From: an uncultured virus (IMG/VR IMGVR_UViG_3300018878_000143)
Lineage: Duplodnaviria; Heunggongvirae; Uroviricota; Caudoviricetes
Strand: one strand, 5' to 3'
Length of the DNA stretch: 20,000 bases
IMG/VR virus record: IMGVR_UViG_3300018878_000143
Positions 1-7,984 of the stretch are shown here, piece by piece. The first letter of the stretch is position 1; every line of letters begins with the position of its first letter. The position numbers were made by a program, and so were the translations under genes. A model generated the notes under the pieces. The model was not told the origin of the DNA. It worked only from the letters and a program-made list of their open reading frames with translations, and ran no database searches.

Positions 1-130
1 ACATTTTAATTCTTTCGTCTTGCCGTAAATTGGATGCAATAAGAGCATCTGTTTTGTACGACTCTTGTTTTTCGTTACCAACTTTAATTGTAATTATTAA
101 AATAAGAACAATAGCTATGATCAAGGCCAT
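1..130 (-). CDS. hypothetical membrane-anchored protein, partial (runs off window start)
   Basis: ATG at 130 after AGGTGG RBS that overlaps the upstream TAG; reads MALIIAIVLILIITIKVGNEKQESYK... open to base 1; N-terminal hydrophobic helix; not in ORF track. Confidence 0.7.
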   Translation of the reverse strand, partial: MALIIAIVLILIITIKVGNEKQESYKTDALIASNLRQDERIKM

Positions 131-143
131 ACACAAACACCAC

Positions 144-374
144 CTATGCTACCGCTTCATTAATGCTATCTTTTGCTTCATCAATTTTATCTATAGCATC
201 TTCTAAATTGTCTATTGCGCTCTCCATGCGTTCGTAGCGCTCGCTGCTCTGGAGATTTTCTGGAAGGTTGTCTAAACAATCCTGTTCCTCGTCTTTTGCA
301 TCGCGAATAATACAAATTGCACTGTCAAGATATGATAATGCACGCCTAAGTGACTTTCTTCTATTCTTGTTCAT
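144..374 (-). CDS. hypothetical phage protein (76 aa, helical/coiled-coil)
   Basis: ORF track; overlaps upstream gene end; EEQDCLDNLPENLQ.SERYE pattern typical of small phage proteins. Confidence 0.8.
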   Translation of the reverse strand: MNKNRRKSLRRALSYLDSAICIIRDAKDEEQDCLDNLPENLQSSERYERMESAIDNLEDAIDKIDEAKDSINEAVA

Positions 375-726
375 TCTCTCTTACCGCCTTCCATACACCG
401 GAAACGGCGGCACCGATCATTAGAAACCCATCTTCTGTTGTGGACACATCCAGTGCATCAATCATCGAAAGAAGGTTGATAAATTGCTCAAGCCCATCTC
501 GATACAAATCTACTGTTGGTACAACAACAGAAATTTTAGCAAACTCAGTGGTAGGCTCCATTTGAATGTCGGCAATGCCACCGTCGTTCTGCAATGAAAA
601 CTTACGAAGCTCTGAGTAAACAATACACAGTCGCTTATAATTGTCGATATCCAAAACATAAATCCCATCTGTTTTGGATGAAATTTCTTTTACCTTATCG
701 TCAATGGTCTTCGTGTTTTCTGACAT
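361..726 (-). CDS. hypothetical protein (121 aa)
   Basis: ORF track; AAAGGTGGG RBS; directly downstream of a consensus promoter. Confidence 0.8.
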   Translation of the reverse strand: MSENTKTIDDKVKEISSKTDGIYVLDIDNYKRLCIVYSELRKFSLQNDGGIADIQMEPTTEFAKISVVVPTVDLYRDGLEQFINLLSMIDALDVSTTEDGFLMIGAAVSGVWKAVRENEQE

Positions 727-757
727 AAATACTTCCCACCTTTCTTGCTGTTAAATT

Positions 758-786
758 ATTATATCCCTGTATGCTAACTTTTTCAA
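758..786 (-). promoter_or_regulatory. sigma-A/sigma70-type promoter
   Basis: minus strand TTGAAA (786-781), 17-nt spacer, TATAAT (763-758), in the intergenic gap upstream of the 726 start. Confidence 0.8.
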
Positions 787-793
787 CCAAATG

Positions 794-1438
794 TTACGAT
801 ACAATTGAGCACTTGACATCAATACACACTTCAGTCCCAGCAGGCACCATTGAAGCCAAGGAGTTACAAATCATATCCCTGCTGAACTTCCCATTAAAAC
901 ACAGGCTAAACTCCGTCATTGCCATCCGTTTCGACTTGGACATATCATTAACATCAACAGAGTGTTTTACATCACTTATGTTTGCCTCATCTCTTGGCAG
1001 AGGATCGTCAATAATTTGTTTCTCCTCTTGCAACAAATCGCAAGCCATAAACTTTTCAAACTCTTCACGAAGATTTTTGGGCATGCGCTTTCCTCTTGTG
1101 AATTTGATGCCGATTTCGTCACAACCGCAAAACTTTGTAACAGTCTGAGGTGCAATGCCAAACATAGTGGCAAGATCCGATGCTGTTGTTGAGTACTTGC
1201 GAATTAGTCCAAGAAGGTATTCTTTTTGAATATGTATGGGGAGCTTCCGGAAATCATCCCAAACCATAGGTCTCCCAAGTTGATAAGTCATTGTTTCTCC
1301 ACACCTTTCTTTCCATTGTTTCTGAGTCATGTGATCAGTGGACAACGGACATTTTTTGCTTTTACTTCCGTTCTTACGATATTTTGCTTGTTGAGCAAGT
1401 CTTTTTTTCTGCAAAACATCGTAGTCAAAATCGTTCAT
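794..1438 (-). CDS. hypothetical protein with basic N-terminus and possible helix-turn-helix
   Basis: ORF track 214 aa; AAGGAG RBS; TASDLATMFGIAPQTVTKF resembles an HTH. Confidence 0.75.
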   Translation of the reverse strand: MNDFDYDVLQKKRLAQQAKYRKNGSKSKKCPLSTDHMTQKQWKERCGETMTYQLGRPMVWDDFRKLPIHIQKEYLLGLIRKYSTTASDLATMFGIAPQTVTKFCGCDEIGIKFTRGKRMPKNLREEFEKFMACDLLQEEKQIIDDPLPRDEANISDVKHSVDVNDMSKSKRMAMTEFSLCFNGKFSRDMICNSLASMVPAGTEVCIDVKCSIVS

Positions 1439-1450
1439 ATCGAATACTCC

Positions 1451-1852
1451 TTACGATTGGTATGAATATTTTGTATCTGAGGCAAATGTTTCTTTTTGCC
1501 CTAATTTCGACAAACAAAAATCATCATAGGTAATAACTGCTGGACAGTGTTGTTCTCTGCCGTCGTGGAAGTATGCATACCACATATCTTCCTGGTCTTC
1601 ACCAGCTCCATGGAGTTCAAAGAGAACTTCCGGAAACTTACTGGACAGGTATTTCATATCGTCAGCATAGTCGTACCATTTCGCATTGGCATACCATCCG
1701 TATTCGACATCGCTTTGACTAAAAACCCCCATTTTATCAATCTCTGCTACCAAGTCATTTCTGACGATAGTAGGAACAGAGCTAGTTGTTACCGTATCTC
1801 CTGAGACAGAAATACCGTAGACCGCCAAACTGTAATCAGTATAGTATCCCAT
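1451..1852 (-). CDS. hypothetical phage protein (133 aa)
   Basis: ORF track; AAGGAG RBS; KWYDY...LSSKFPEVLFELHGAGED motif. Confidence 0.8.
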   Translation of the reverse strand: MGYYTDYSLAVYGISVSGDTVTTSSVPTIVRNDLVAEIDKMGVFSQSDVEYGWYANAKWYDYADDMKYLSSKFPEVLFELHGAGEDQEDMWYAYFHDGREQHCPAVITYDDFCLSKLGQKETFASDTKYSYQS

Positions 1853-1855
1853 TGT

Positions 1856-2989
1856 TTATCTCCTTCGTAAGTTTTTTACAGATTCAACGACGACACGGGC
1901 AGCATCGCGAACTTCTTCTAATGTTGTATATTTTGAAAATGAAATACGAATAGAACTCCTTGCTTGGTCGCTTGATAGTCCAATCGCGGTCAACACATGG
2001 CTTGGAACAGCCAAGTGTGCGGTGCAGGCCGAGCCTGCCGATACAACAACACCCTTACTACCCAAAAGTAAAAGTAATGTCTCTCCATCAACACCATCAA
2101 AACGCATATTTACAATTTTAGAATCTTTACATGGATCGCCGTTAATATAGACGCCCTGTAGCTCACTCAAAATGTTGAAAAATTCTTCTTTTATTGTCTT
2201 GTAGTGCTCAGGTGTTTTATGGCATTCTCTATATACTCCCTCTGCAGCCGCTCCCATTCCAATAATTGCCGGCACATTTTCCGTTCCTGCACGAATCCCA
2301 AATTCCTGTTTTCCGCCAAAAATAATTGGATTCAACAAGTCTTTATTTCTTGCATATAGAAAACCAATCCCCTTTTGTGCGTGAAACTTGTGACCAGACG
2401 CAGACAAAAAATCGATGCAGAACTTGTCTACATCGATCTCGGTATCACAATATGCTTGCACACAATCAGTGTGAAATAAAACATCATTCGCTCTGCAAAT
2501 CTGCCCAATGGATTTCGTATCCATCTTGTTGCCTATTTCATTGTTAATTCCCATAATAGAAACAAGGCCAGTGCCACCATGTATGGCGTTATCAACATCG
2601 TCTGGCGACACATACCCGTTTGAATCTACTGAAATATGTGTTACATCAAAACCATTATCAAATAGGTATTTTATAGGCTCTAAGACAGATTGGTGCTCGA
2701 CCGTAGATGTGATGATATGCGTCTTACCTACCCGTCGCAAATAATCAGCCAAACCAACAATAGCCAGCGTATTGGCCTCGGACCCACCGGAAGTGAAAAT
2801 AATACACTCCGGATCAGCATTGATTGGTTTTGCAACTTGCTTCCTCGCTTTTTCTATGGCGTTGGCAGCTAAGCGTCCCATAGAATGAATGCTGCCAGGA
2901 TTTCCATAGTTCAACGACATATATGGCAGCATAGCATCTATCACCTCTTGTGAGACTTTTGTTGTCGCAGCATTATCAAGATAAATCAT
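1856..2989 (-). CDS. iscS: cysteine desulfurase, group I (IscS/NifS/DndA family, PLP-dependent)
   Basis: IYLDNAATT, YGNPGSIH, FTSGGSEAN, HTDCVQ, PLP-lysine SGHKF, RAGTEN, catalytic SAGSAC, SHVL.A. Confidence 0.95.
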   Translation of the reverse strand: MIYLDNAATTKVSQEVIDAMLPYMSLNYGNPGSIHSMGRLAANAIEKARKQVAKPINADPECIIFTSGGSEANTLAIVGLADYLRRVGKTHIITSTVEHQSVLEPIKYLFDNGFDVTHISVDSNGYVSPDDVDNAIHGGTGLVSIMGINNEIGNKMDTKSIGQICRANDVLFHTDCVQAYCDTEIDVDKFCIDFLSASGHKFHAQKGIGFLYARNKDLLNPIIFGGKQEFGIRAGTENVPAIIGMGAAAEGVYRECHKTPEHYKTIKEEFFNILSELQGVYINGDPCKDSKIVNMRFDGVDGETLLLLLGSKGVVVSAGSACTAHLAVPSHVLTAIGLSSDQARSSIRISFSKYTTLEEVRDAARVVVESVKNLRRR

Positions 2990-3260
2990 CTATATCACCG
3001 TAGTCCTCATGAGCCGCCTCCAGTTCGTCTATGCGAGCTGCAAGCTCCAAACATTTTTTCTTCCATTTGTCTCCATCTGTAATAAGCCTTCCATGACTAT
3101 CTACCAGTAGATGGATTATCGCTTCGTCCGGGAGTGCATAATTCTTGCTACACAGGGAGACTTTTAGAATACGTCTTGTATCATCAAACCAGACCACCAA
3201 ATGATCTCCATTGGAAAATACACCTTCTTTTAGCTTTAATTCCCCTATTCGTTTAAACAT
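2976..3260 (-). CDS. hypothetical protein (94 aa)
   Basis: ORF track; GAGGAGG RBS; ATG abuts upstream TAG; stop overlaps desulfurase start region. Confidence 0.75.
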   Translation of the reverse strand: MFKRIGELKLKEGVFSNGDHLVVWFDDTRRILKVSLCSKNYALPDEAIIHLLVDSHGRLITDGDKWKKKCLELAARIDELEAAHEDYGDIDDLS

Positions 3261-3749
3261 CTACAATTCCTCCTCACATTCAGCAAGCCATTCATCTATT
3301 GGTATAAACTGCTCATACCCATCAATTTTTTCTGCGCACACATCACAATAGGGACTGATCCACCCAACGGAAACTTTTGTTGCAGGTTCTCCACATTTAA
3401 TACATGTTTTTGCCGATAGAGCTTCGTATTTTTGAATGATGTTATGTAGTGTTCTTGTGTCATGCTCTGAATCACGTCGTACAAGCGTCCCATACCATCT
3501 AAGCACACCGTATTTTTCCTTAATATCCATTATTCGATATCTGTCAATACAGTTGATACGCAGCAGCTCTTCTCTAATTTCCTCACACATCTGCTTCCCA
3601 AAAGCTTTTCTCCATCCGCATGGCATAGAATCTAATTCAGTATACCTGTAATCAAATTCTACAGGCGTTTCATCTGTAAAACGATTGTGTGGCATTAGAA
3701 ACGGATAGCGTTCGATCAAATGCTTGTTTTCGTCATATGTTGATAACAA
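3261..3749 (-). CDS. conserved phage hypothetical protein with C-terminal zinc ribbon
   Basis: likely TTG start at 3749 after GGGGGTGG; IKEKYGVLRWY plus CxxC...CxxC (TCIKCG, YCDVC). Confidence 0.85.
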   Translation of the reverse strand: MLSTYDENKHLIERYPFLMPHNRFTDETPVEFDYRYTELDSMPCGWRKAFGKQMCEEIREELLRINCIDRYRIMDIKEKYGVLRWYGTLVRRDSEHDTRTLHNIIQKYEALSAKTCIKCGEPATKVSVGWISPYCDVCAEKIDGYEQFIPIDEWLAECEEEL

Positions 3750-3763
3750 CTTTCCACCCCCTA

Positions 3764-4252
3764 TTAATACAACTGCCACCAATATTCATAGCACTTTTTG
3801 TACTGATTCCCTCGATATATTTCTTTGCTTCTGCGGACATGTCTATTTGCACATTTCTTTAGATATTTTTCTTTTCTGGAATCTCTTGGGAACTTGATAT
3901 ATGTACCGGTGCGCTTCCACACCCCATCTACCCACTCCCAATCGGCCCATCCCACATACGGTTTGTATCCAAGATCAAGAATTGCCATCAGATCGTCTCT
4001 ATGCTTGATTCGCATAGCTCTTCGATACTCTGATCCAGTTCTGCGCTTCCCGGTTTTCTTCTTGCGTGGTTTGCAAACAAAGGCATCTTCACAATATCCA
4101 CCAAACAAGAATTCGTCCTGAATTTTGTCACATCCGCAATACTCCAATTGTGGCTCATACCCACCCTCTTCAGCAATCCGAAGGCGGTACTCCACACCAT
4201 CGCTAATCGGACACTCATCACAGGCAAAGTAACATTCACCAACATCAATCAT
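3764..4252 (-). CDS. hypothetical Cys-rich/basic protein (162 aa)
   Basis: ORF track; AAGGAGG RBS. Confidence 0.8.
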   Translation of the reverse strand: MIDVGECYFACDECPISDGVEYRLRIAEEGGYEPQLEYCGCDKIQDEFLFGGYCEDAFVCKPRKKKTGKRRTGSEYRRAMRIKHRDDLMAILDLGYKPYVGWADWEWVDGVWKRTGTYIKFPRDSRKEKYLKKCANRHVRRSKEIYRGNQYKKCYEYWWQLY

Positions 4253-4282
4253 CGCAATACCTCCTTGGGGATATGTTATAAA

Positions 4283-4723
4283 TTAGCCAAAGCCGACCTC
4301 GTACAAATCGTCTTGAATAACTTCGAGAATCTCCTCTCTGGTCATATCTGTCAATTTTTGTACTGCGTCCACAATTCGATCATGAACCTCAAGAAGGCTG
4401 TTGGGTTCATTTTTTGTGTGATACCAAGGCATAGATGGTGGATAGTAAAAATAATCATTCCCGTCACCATCTCCTCCAAATATCAGGCTGTCTGTGTCAT
4501 CGCAATGACAAAGCATATCTGCAAAATTTTCAAACGGCTCTCCATAATAATAGTCGCTTGGATCAAGAGAAGAAATGTTGCCAGATGATTTTAGTAACCT
4601 TAGTTCTCCATCGTCCGGAAGCTGCTCAATAAGGAAATCGAGCAATTTTTCTTTATTAACGTGAGATTCGATTCGGTCTGCCCGAACACCAATTCCCTCG
4701 ATCATCCAATAGCACATACTCAT
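4283..4723 (-). CDS. hypothetical acidic protein
   Basis: ORF track 4283-4750; likely start ATG 4723 (MSMCYW) after AAGGGGGA. Confidence 0.8.
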   Translation of the reverse strand: MSMCYWMIEGIGVRADRIESHVNKEKLLDFLIEQLPDDGELRLLKSSGNISSLDPSDYYYGEPFENFADMLCHCDDTDSLIFGGDGDGNDYFYYPPSMPWYHTKNEPNSLLEVHDRIVDAVQKLTDMTREEILEVIQDDLYEVGFG

Positions 4724-4749
4724 TTTTAATTCCCCCTTGTTCTGTTGCA

Positions 4750-5427
4750 TCAGTGTTCATCGAATATCACTTGTTCTCCATGTTTTAGAATCCAACAACC
4801 ATCGTCTGTTGTAGCACACTCTGTGCAGTTTCCACCACATTCTTTGGCACCATCTCTTGCTGTTGTAGATCCATCCCTATATCGCACATGTGCTTCGGGT
4901 AAAGAAAATGGGTTGACCATTTCTAAGTCAACCCATGCACTAAATATAATATGTAAGTTTTTTGGTATAATCCGTTCCGCAATCATCCACATGTTATAAA
5001 GCTGTGGATGAATTGATGTACCATCGATAGATGCGATATATGAATCAATGATGTAGTCATTTACAATCTCATACTTCTTTGTGAAGCACAAAATCTCACA
5101 GTGTGGATTTCTTTTGGCGATCTCCACCATTTTAATAAGGTAGTTTACATTTGGGATATCACCGGAAACATGGAAACGGAAGTATCGAGACAGCATAATT
5201 GCCGCTTCGACCTCCCGCCAATAAACCTCTGGATTTGATTGTAGTATCTCATAGTTGTGTTGATAGGCTTTTGCCACTGTTGGCCTCAGCCGAGCGATTT
5301 TTCTCGCATAGCACTTACTTTGACATTTACATTCTCTACAAGTGAGCCCCGAAGGTAAAGAAATGCTTTGTATACTTCCGAGTTTTGAGTTGCCCTTACT
5401 AATACTTAGTTCTCCCATATTTGTCAC
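4750..5427 (-). CDS. gene product 88 (GP88)-like Cys-rich protein
   Basis: GNSKLG...SLP.G.TC, C.SKCYA, FRFHVSGD, FTK and C-terminal CGGNCTEC...CW motifs as recalled for the phage gp88 family; AAGGAG RBS. Confidence 0.75.
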   Translation of the reverse strand: MTNMGELSISKGNSKLGSIQSISLPSGLTCRECKCQSKCYARKIARLRPTVAKAYQHNYEILQSNPEVYWREVEAAIMLSRYFRFHVSGDIPNVNYLIKMVEIAKRNPHCEILCFTKKYEIVNDYIIDSYIASIDGTSIHPQLYNMWMIAERIIPKNLHIIFSAWVDLEMVNPFSLPEAHVRYRDGSTTARDGAKECGGNCTECATTDDGCWILKHGEQVIFDEH

Positions 5428-5484
5428 TCCTTAATTGTCGCAATTGCAGCTGCACCTCTATCCCAACGATTGTAGTTATCTTAT

Positions 5485-5805
5485 CTAATTTAGTTCAGAT
5501 ATATGTTCGTAAGACCATATCAGCTTATCAAAAAGTTCTCTGTTTTCACTGACACATCTAACAATAAAATTAACAGTTACCTTTAAGTCTGAGTAATATC
5601 CATGGACATTAACATACACTACAGACATGTCTTTTTTGTCAAATGTAATATAGTTATCATCAAAGCATACTTTAAATTTTCCGCTCAGTGCCAAGGACAC
5701 GTTGCACTTTGTACGCAGATATTCCGACATCAGCTGATCGCACTTTGTTTCCAGATCCATAGCCTCTTGTCGAGTCATACCACATCTCTTTTCTTCTTTT
5801 TTCAT
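5485..5805 (-). CDS. hypothetical protein
   Basis: ORF track 5485-5847; likely start ATG 5805 after AAAGGTG. Confidence 0.7.
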   Translation of the reverse strand: MKKEEKRCGMTRQEAMDLETKCDQLMSEYLRTKCNVSLALSGKFKVCFDDNYITFDKKDMSVVYVNVHGYYSDLKVTVNFIVRCVSENRELFDKLIWSYEHISELN

Positions 5806-6019
5806 ATCGTGCACCTTTCTCGCAACGGTCTTCAACTTTAATTCCAAAACACAATTTCCACATTATCTTTTGCAACCAGTTAAAATGCTGATCTACCGGC
5901 AATGATGTTCTGTAATATTTGTCTCCGATCCAAAGAATACTCTTTGGCGCCGGTGTTTGAATAAGCACCCCTTCTTTTAGTGTCACGTCCCTTAATTCCT
6001 CTGAGTTAAAAACCATCAC
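5672..6019 (-). CDS. hypothetical protein (long overlap with downstream gene)
   Basis: ORF track; AGGTGGGAG RBS; HFNWLQKIMWKLCFGIKVED motif. Confidence 0.65.
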   Translation of the reverse strand: MMVFNSEELRDVTLKEGVLIQTPAPKSILWIGDKYYRTSLPVDQHFNWLQKIMWKLCFGIKVEDRCEKGARYEKRRKEMWYDSTRGYGSGNKVRSADVGISAYKVQRVLGTERKI

Positions 6020-6066
6020 AAACTCCCACCTGTCTTTTCGCTTTATGCAAATATGTTTTTGACCAA

Positions 6067-6492
6067 TTACTCCAATGAGACAATACTGTATTTTACTGTG
6101 CCATCATCATAAATCTTGGTCTCTAGATTTCCAATTGTAGTTTGTCCAATTCTGTTCTTATACTTTGTATATGTATCTTCGCCATTGATTGAATATTCAA
6201 AGCCATTGTATTCAACAATAATTCTGTATATTGCGGGATGTGTAATTAACGTCATTGTTTTACCAACCATCATTGGCTGGAGATACATGCTACGATGATA
6301 TTGGTCTACAACAGTTACTTCTACATTCTCATATCTGGTGTCGATAAGCTTGGTACATCCCATAAGACTGAAAATCATTATAAGCAGCAACAAGATCCCC
6401 AATATTCTGTTTTTGAGTTTCTCTCTACCAATGTGGCTTCGAGCCGATTCAAGACCTTTTTTCCATTCGTAAAATCCGTTATTAAGAGCCAT
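6067..6492 (-). CDS. putative lipoprotein/membrane-anchored protein
   Basis: likely ATG 6492 after GAGGTGG; hydrophobic stretch ending in lipobox-like LMGC. Confidence 0.75.
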   Translation of the reverse strand: MALNNGFYEWKKGLESARSHIGREKLKNRILGILLLLIMIFSLMGCTKLIDTRYENVEVTVVDQYHRSMYLQPMMVGKTMTLITHPAIYRIIVEYNGFEYSINGEDTYTKYKNRIGQTTIGNLETKIYDDGTVKYSIVSLE

Positions 6493-6503
6493 AGTTTCCA
6501 CCT

Positions 6504-6686
6504 CTAATTTTTTTGTTTCCAACACTCGCATATATCACTGTCTGCTACCTCAAGAATATAGTCGGTATGTTCAGTTACAACAAAATAAGCACATACATGT
6601 GTTAAAATTTCTTGATAATCAGGGTGTTTTCTTACCTCACAGCAATACGTGCAATTGCCACATCTTTTACACATATACAACCTCAC
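6504..6686 (-). CDS. small Cys-rich hypothetical protein
   Basis: ORF track 60 aa; CKRCGNCTYCC; exact start uncertain. Confidence 0.6.
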   Translation of the reverse strand: MRLYMCKRCGNCTYCCEVRKHPDYQEILTHVCAYFVVTEHTDYILEVADSDICECWKQKN

Positions 6687-6711
6687 AAAATGAAACTTAA
6701 ATTATCTAATT

Positions 6712-6754
6712 TAAAAGAAGAAGTGAGCCGTCTGTCGCAACCAGATGACTCACT
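6712..6754 (-). terminator. intrinsic terminator-like hairpin after tRNA-Ser(GCT)
   Basis: minus strand AGTGAGTC-A-TCTG-GTTGCGA-CAGA-C-GGCTCACT followed by TCTTCTTTT. Confidence 0.55.
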
Positions 6755-6788
6755 ATATTTTTGAGGATTATTCAACTCACTTCTTCTA

Positions 6789-6875
6789 TGGCGGGAGAGA
6801 CGCGACTCGAACGCGCACAAGATCTCTCTTGGATGGATTAGCAATCCATTCCGCTACCAATTACGGCACTCCCCC
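6789..6875 (-). tRNA. tRNA-Ser(GCT)
   Basis: acceptor GGGGGAG/CTCTCCC, anticodon arm ATGGA-TT-GCT-AA-TCCAT, long variable arm, TTCGAGT T-loop, discriminator G, encoded CCA. Confidence 0.95.
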
Positions 6876-6880
6876 TCGTT

Positions 6881-6982
6881 GCCGGTCTCTTCCCGGCTGT
6901 CAAGACCTGTTTTCATGGTCTCCGTATCTATAGATACGAGCAGTTGGAAAAGGATTCTATGAAACGCCAAAAGCTTTGGCAT
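6881..6982 (-). ncRNA. structured inter-tRNA RNA, possibly skipping-rope-like phage sRNA
   Basis: 5' hairpin, unpaired UUUCAUAGAAUCCUUUUC tract, two hairpins, terminal GACAGCCGGGAAGAGACCGGC motif; fills the Gly-Ser spacer. Confidence 0.5.
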
Positions 6983-7059
6983 TGGAGCACGCGACGGGGA
7001 TCGAACCCGCAACCCTCTGCTTGGAAGGCAGATGCTCTAGCCGATTGAACTACGCGTGC
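6983..7059 (-). tRNA. tRNA-Gly(TCC)
   Basis: acceptor GCACGCG/CGCGTGC, anticodon arm TCTGC-CT-TCC-AA-GCAGA, TTCGATC T-loop, discriminator T, CCA. Confidence 0.95.
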
Positions 7060-7225
7060 ATAGTTGTGACGAGCTCTCTGACGAATTAGTAACCAAGCTC
7101 AATTTTTCATGCAAAACTACATAGTGACCACAGTGATGACAGCTGCACATATTGTCATCACTGTAGACCTCTATATCTATGTCGCAAATAGGACAGTATC
7201 CAAACTTAAGTTCCATGCGATTCAC
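7037..7225 (-). CDS. small zinc-ribbon protein
   Basis: CPIC...CHHCG; start overlaps upstream stop (GTGA); stop lies inside tRNA-Gly. Confidence 0.6.
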   Translation of the reverse strand: MNRMELKFGYCPICDIDIEVYSDDNMCSCHHCGHYVVLHEKLSLVTNSSESSSQLCTRSSIG

Positions 7226-7467
7226 CCCAACACATGGCTGTGTTCATCAAAGAAGTTCAGGAATTTACCCTCATCTTCCTTATGCTCGCAGTAAATTTCA
7301 AGTTCGTCGCCGTGTTCTCCCAACAATGCTCCAAGTGCTATGTATCTACTGATATGGCTTTTCAAGCAGAATTTATCGCCATACTGGCTGGTCAGATATA
7401 CTTCTCCGGTGCAACTTTCTACAGTCGCTAAAAAGTCATTAACATCACTGATATTCCTAAGCTTCAT
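7222..7467 (-). CDS. HPr-like small protein
   Basis: 81 aa; DVNDFLATVESCTGEVYLTS..GDKFCLKS...ELEIYC pattern fits the HPr fold, with Ser46-equivalent LKS and no His15 motif; GAGGTG RBS. Confidence 0.6.
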   Translation of the reverse strand: MKLRNISDVNDFLATVESCTGEVYLTSQYGDKFCLKSHISRYIALGALLGEHGDELEIYCEHKEDEGKFLNFFDEHSHVLG

Positions 7468-7949
7468 GTATTCACCTCTTCTTTGCCGTTGTTCTTCAGC
7501 GCTTCCATCAATGCTATTTCTGCCTCTTCTCTGATAGGAAATACTATTTTACCGAAATCATCAAATTCGATATCACGCTGTCGATCTATTATTTTACCGT
7601 TTCTTACTTCGCAGATCCTGAATTTCTTTGTCCATTTACCTTTGGAATTGCAAGAAATTGATATGCTGCGAACGGCATATTCTACGATCTCTTTTTCATA
7701 ATGATATGTCCAAGTTTCCTTATCATCCAAGTGCCAAACATCATCGACTCTCCAGACTGTGTCACCAACTTTGCACGGCGGTGTGATAATCATGTTTGTT
7801 CCGCCGACAAGGTAGTAATAAATGCCAAGAGCTTCATCTCCTTGAATTTTCTTCAACATAGTCATATCATGCTTGTCTGCTCTGGATGCTATCAATGTAG
7901 GAATATCCGTTGAGCAATTATCATATGTGATAATCAGTTCGTCTTCCAT
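7464..7949 (-). CDS. hypothetical phage protein
   Basis: likely ATG 7949 after GAGG; common phage motifs PCKVGDTVW and FGKIVFPIREEAE. Confidence 0.85.
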   Translation of the reverse strand: MEDELIITYDNCSTDIPTLIASRADKHDMTMLKKIQGDEALGIYYYLVGGTNMIITPPCKVGDTVWRVDDVWHLDDKETWTYHYEKEIVEYAVRSISISCNSKGKWTKKFRICEVRNGKIIDRQRDIEFDDFGKIVFPIREEAEIALMEALKNNGKEEVNT

Positions 7950-7984
7950 GTCGCTCAACCTCGCCAAACTCTATTTTTATATTG

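Noticed and set aside
2976..3749. Possible TAG recoding (two in-frame ORFs joined by TAG-ATG; also ATG ACA CTT GAG TAG near 19005)
   Set aside because: Long conserved genes have no internal TAG, TAG overlaps downstream starts as a normal stop, the second ORF has its own strong RBS, no suppressor tRNA is present, and the 19005 case is explained by a TTG start in another frame
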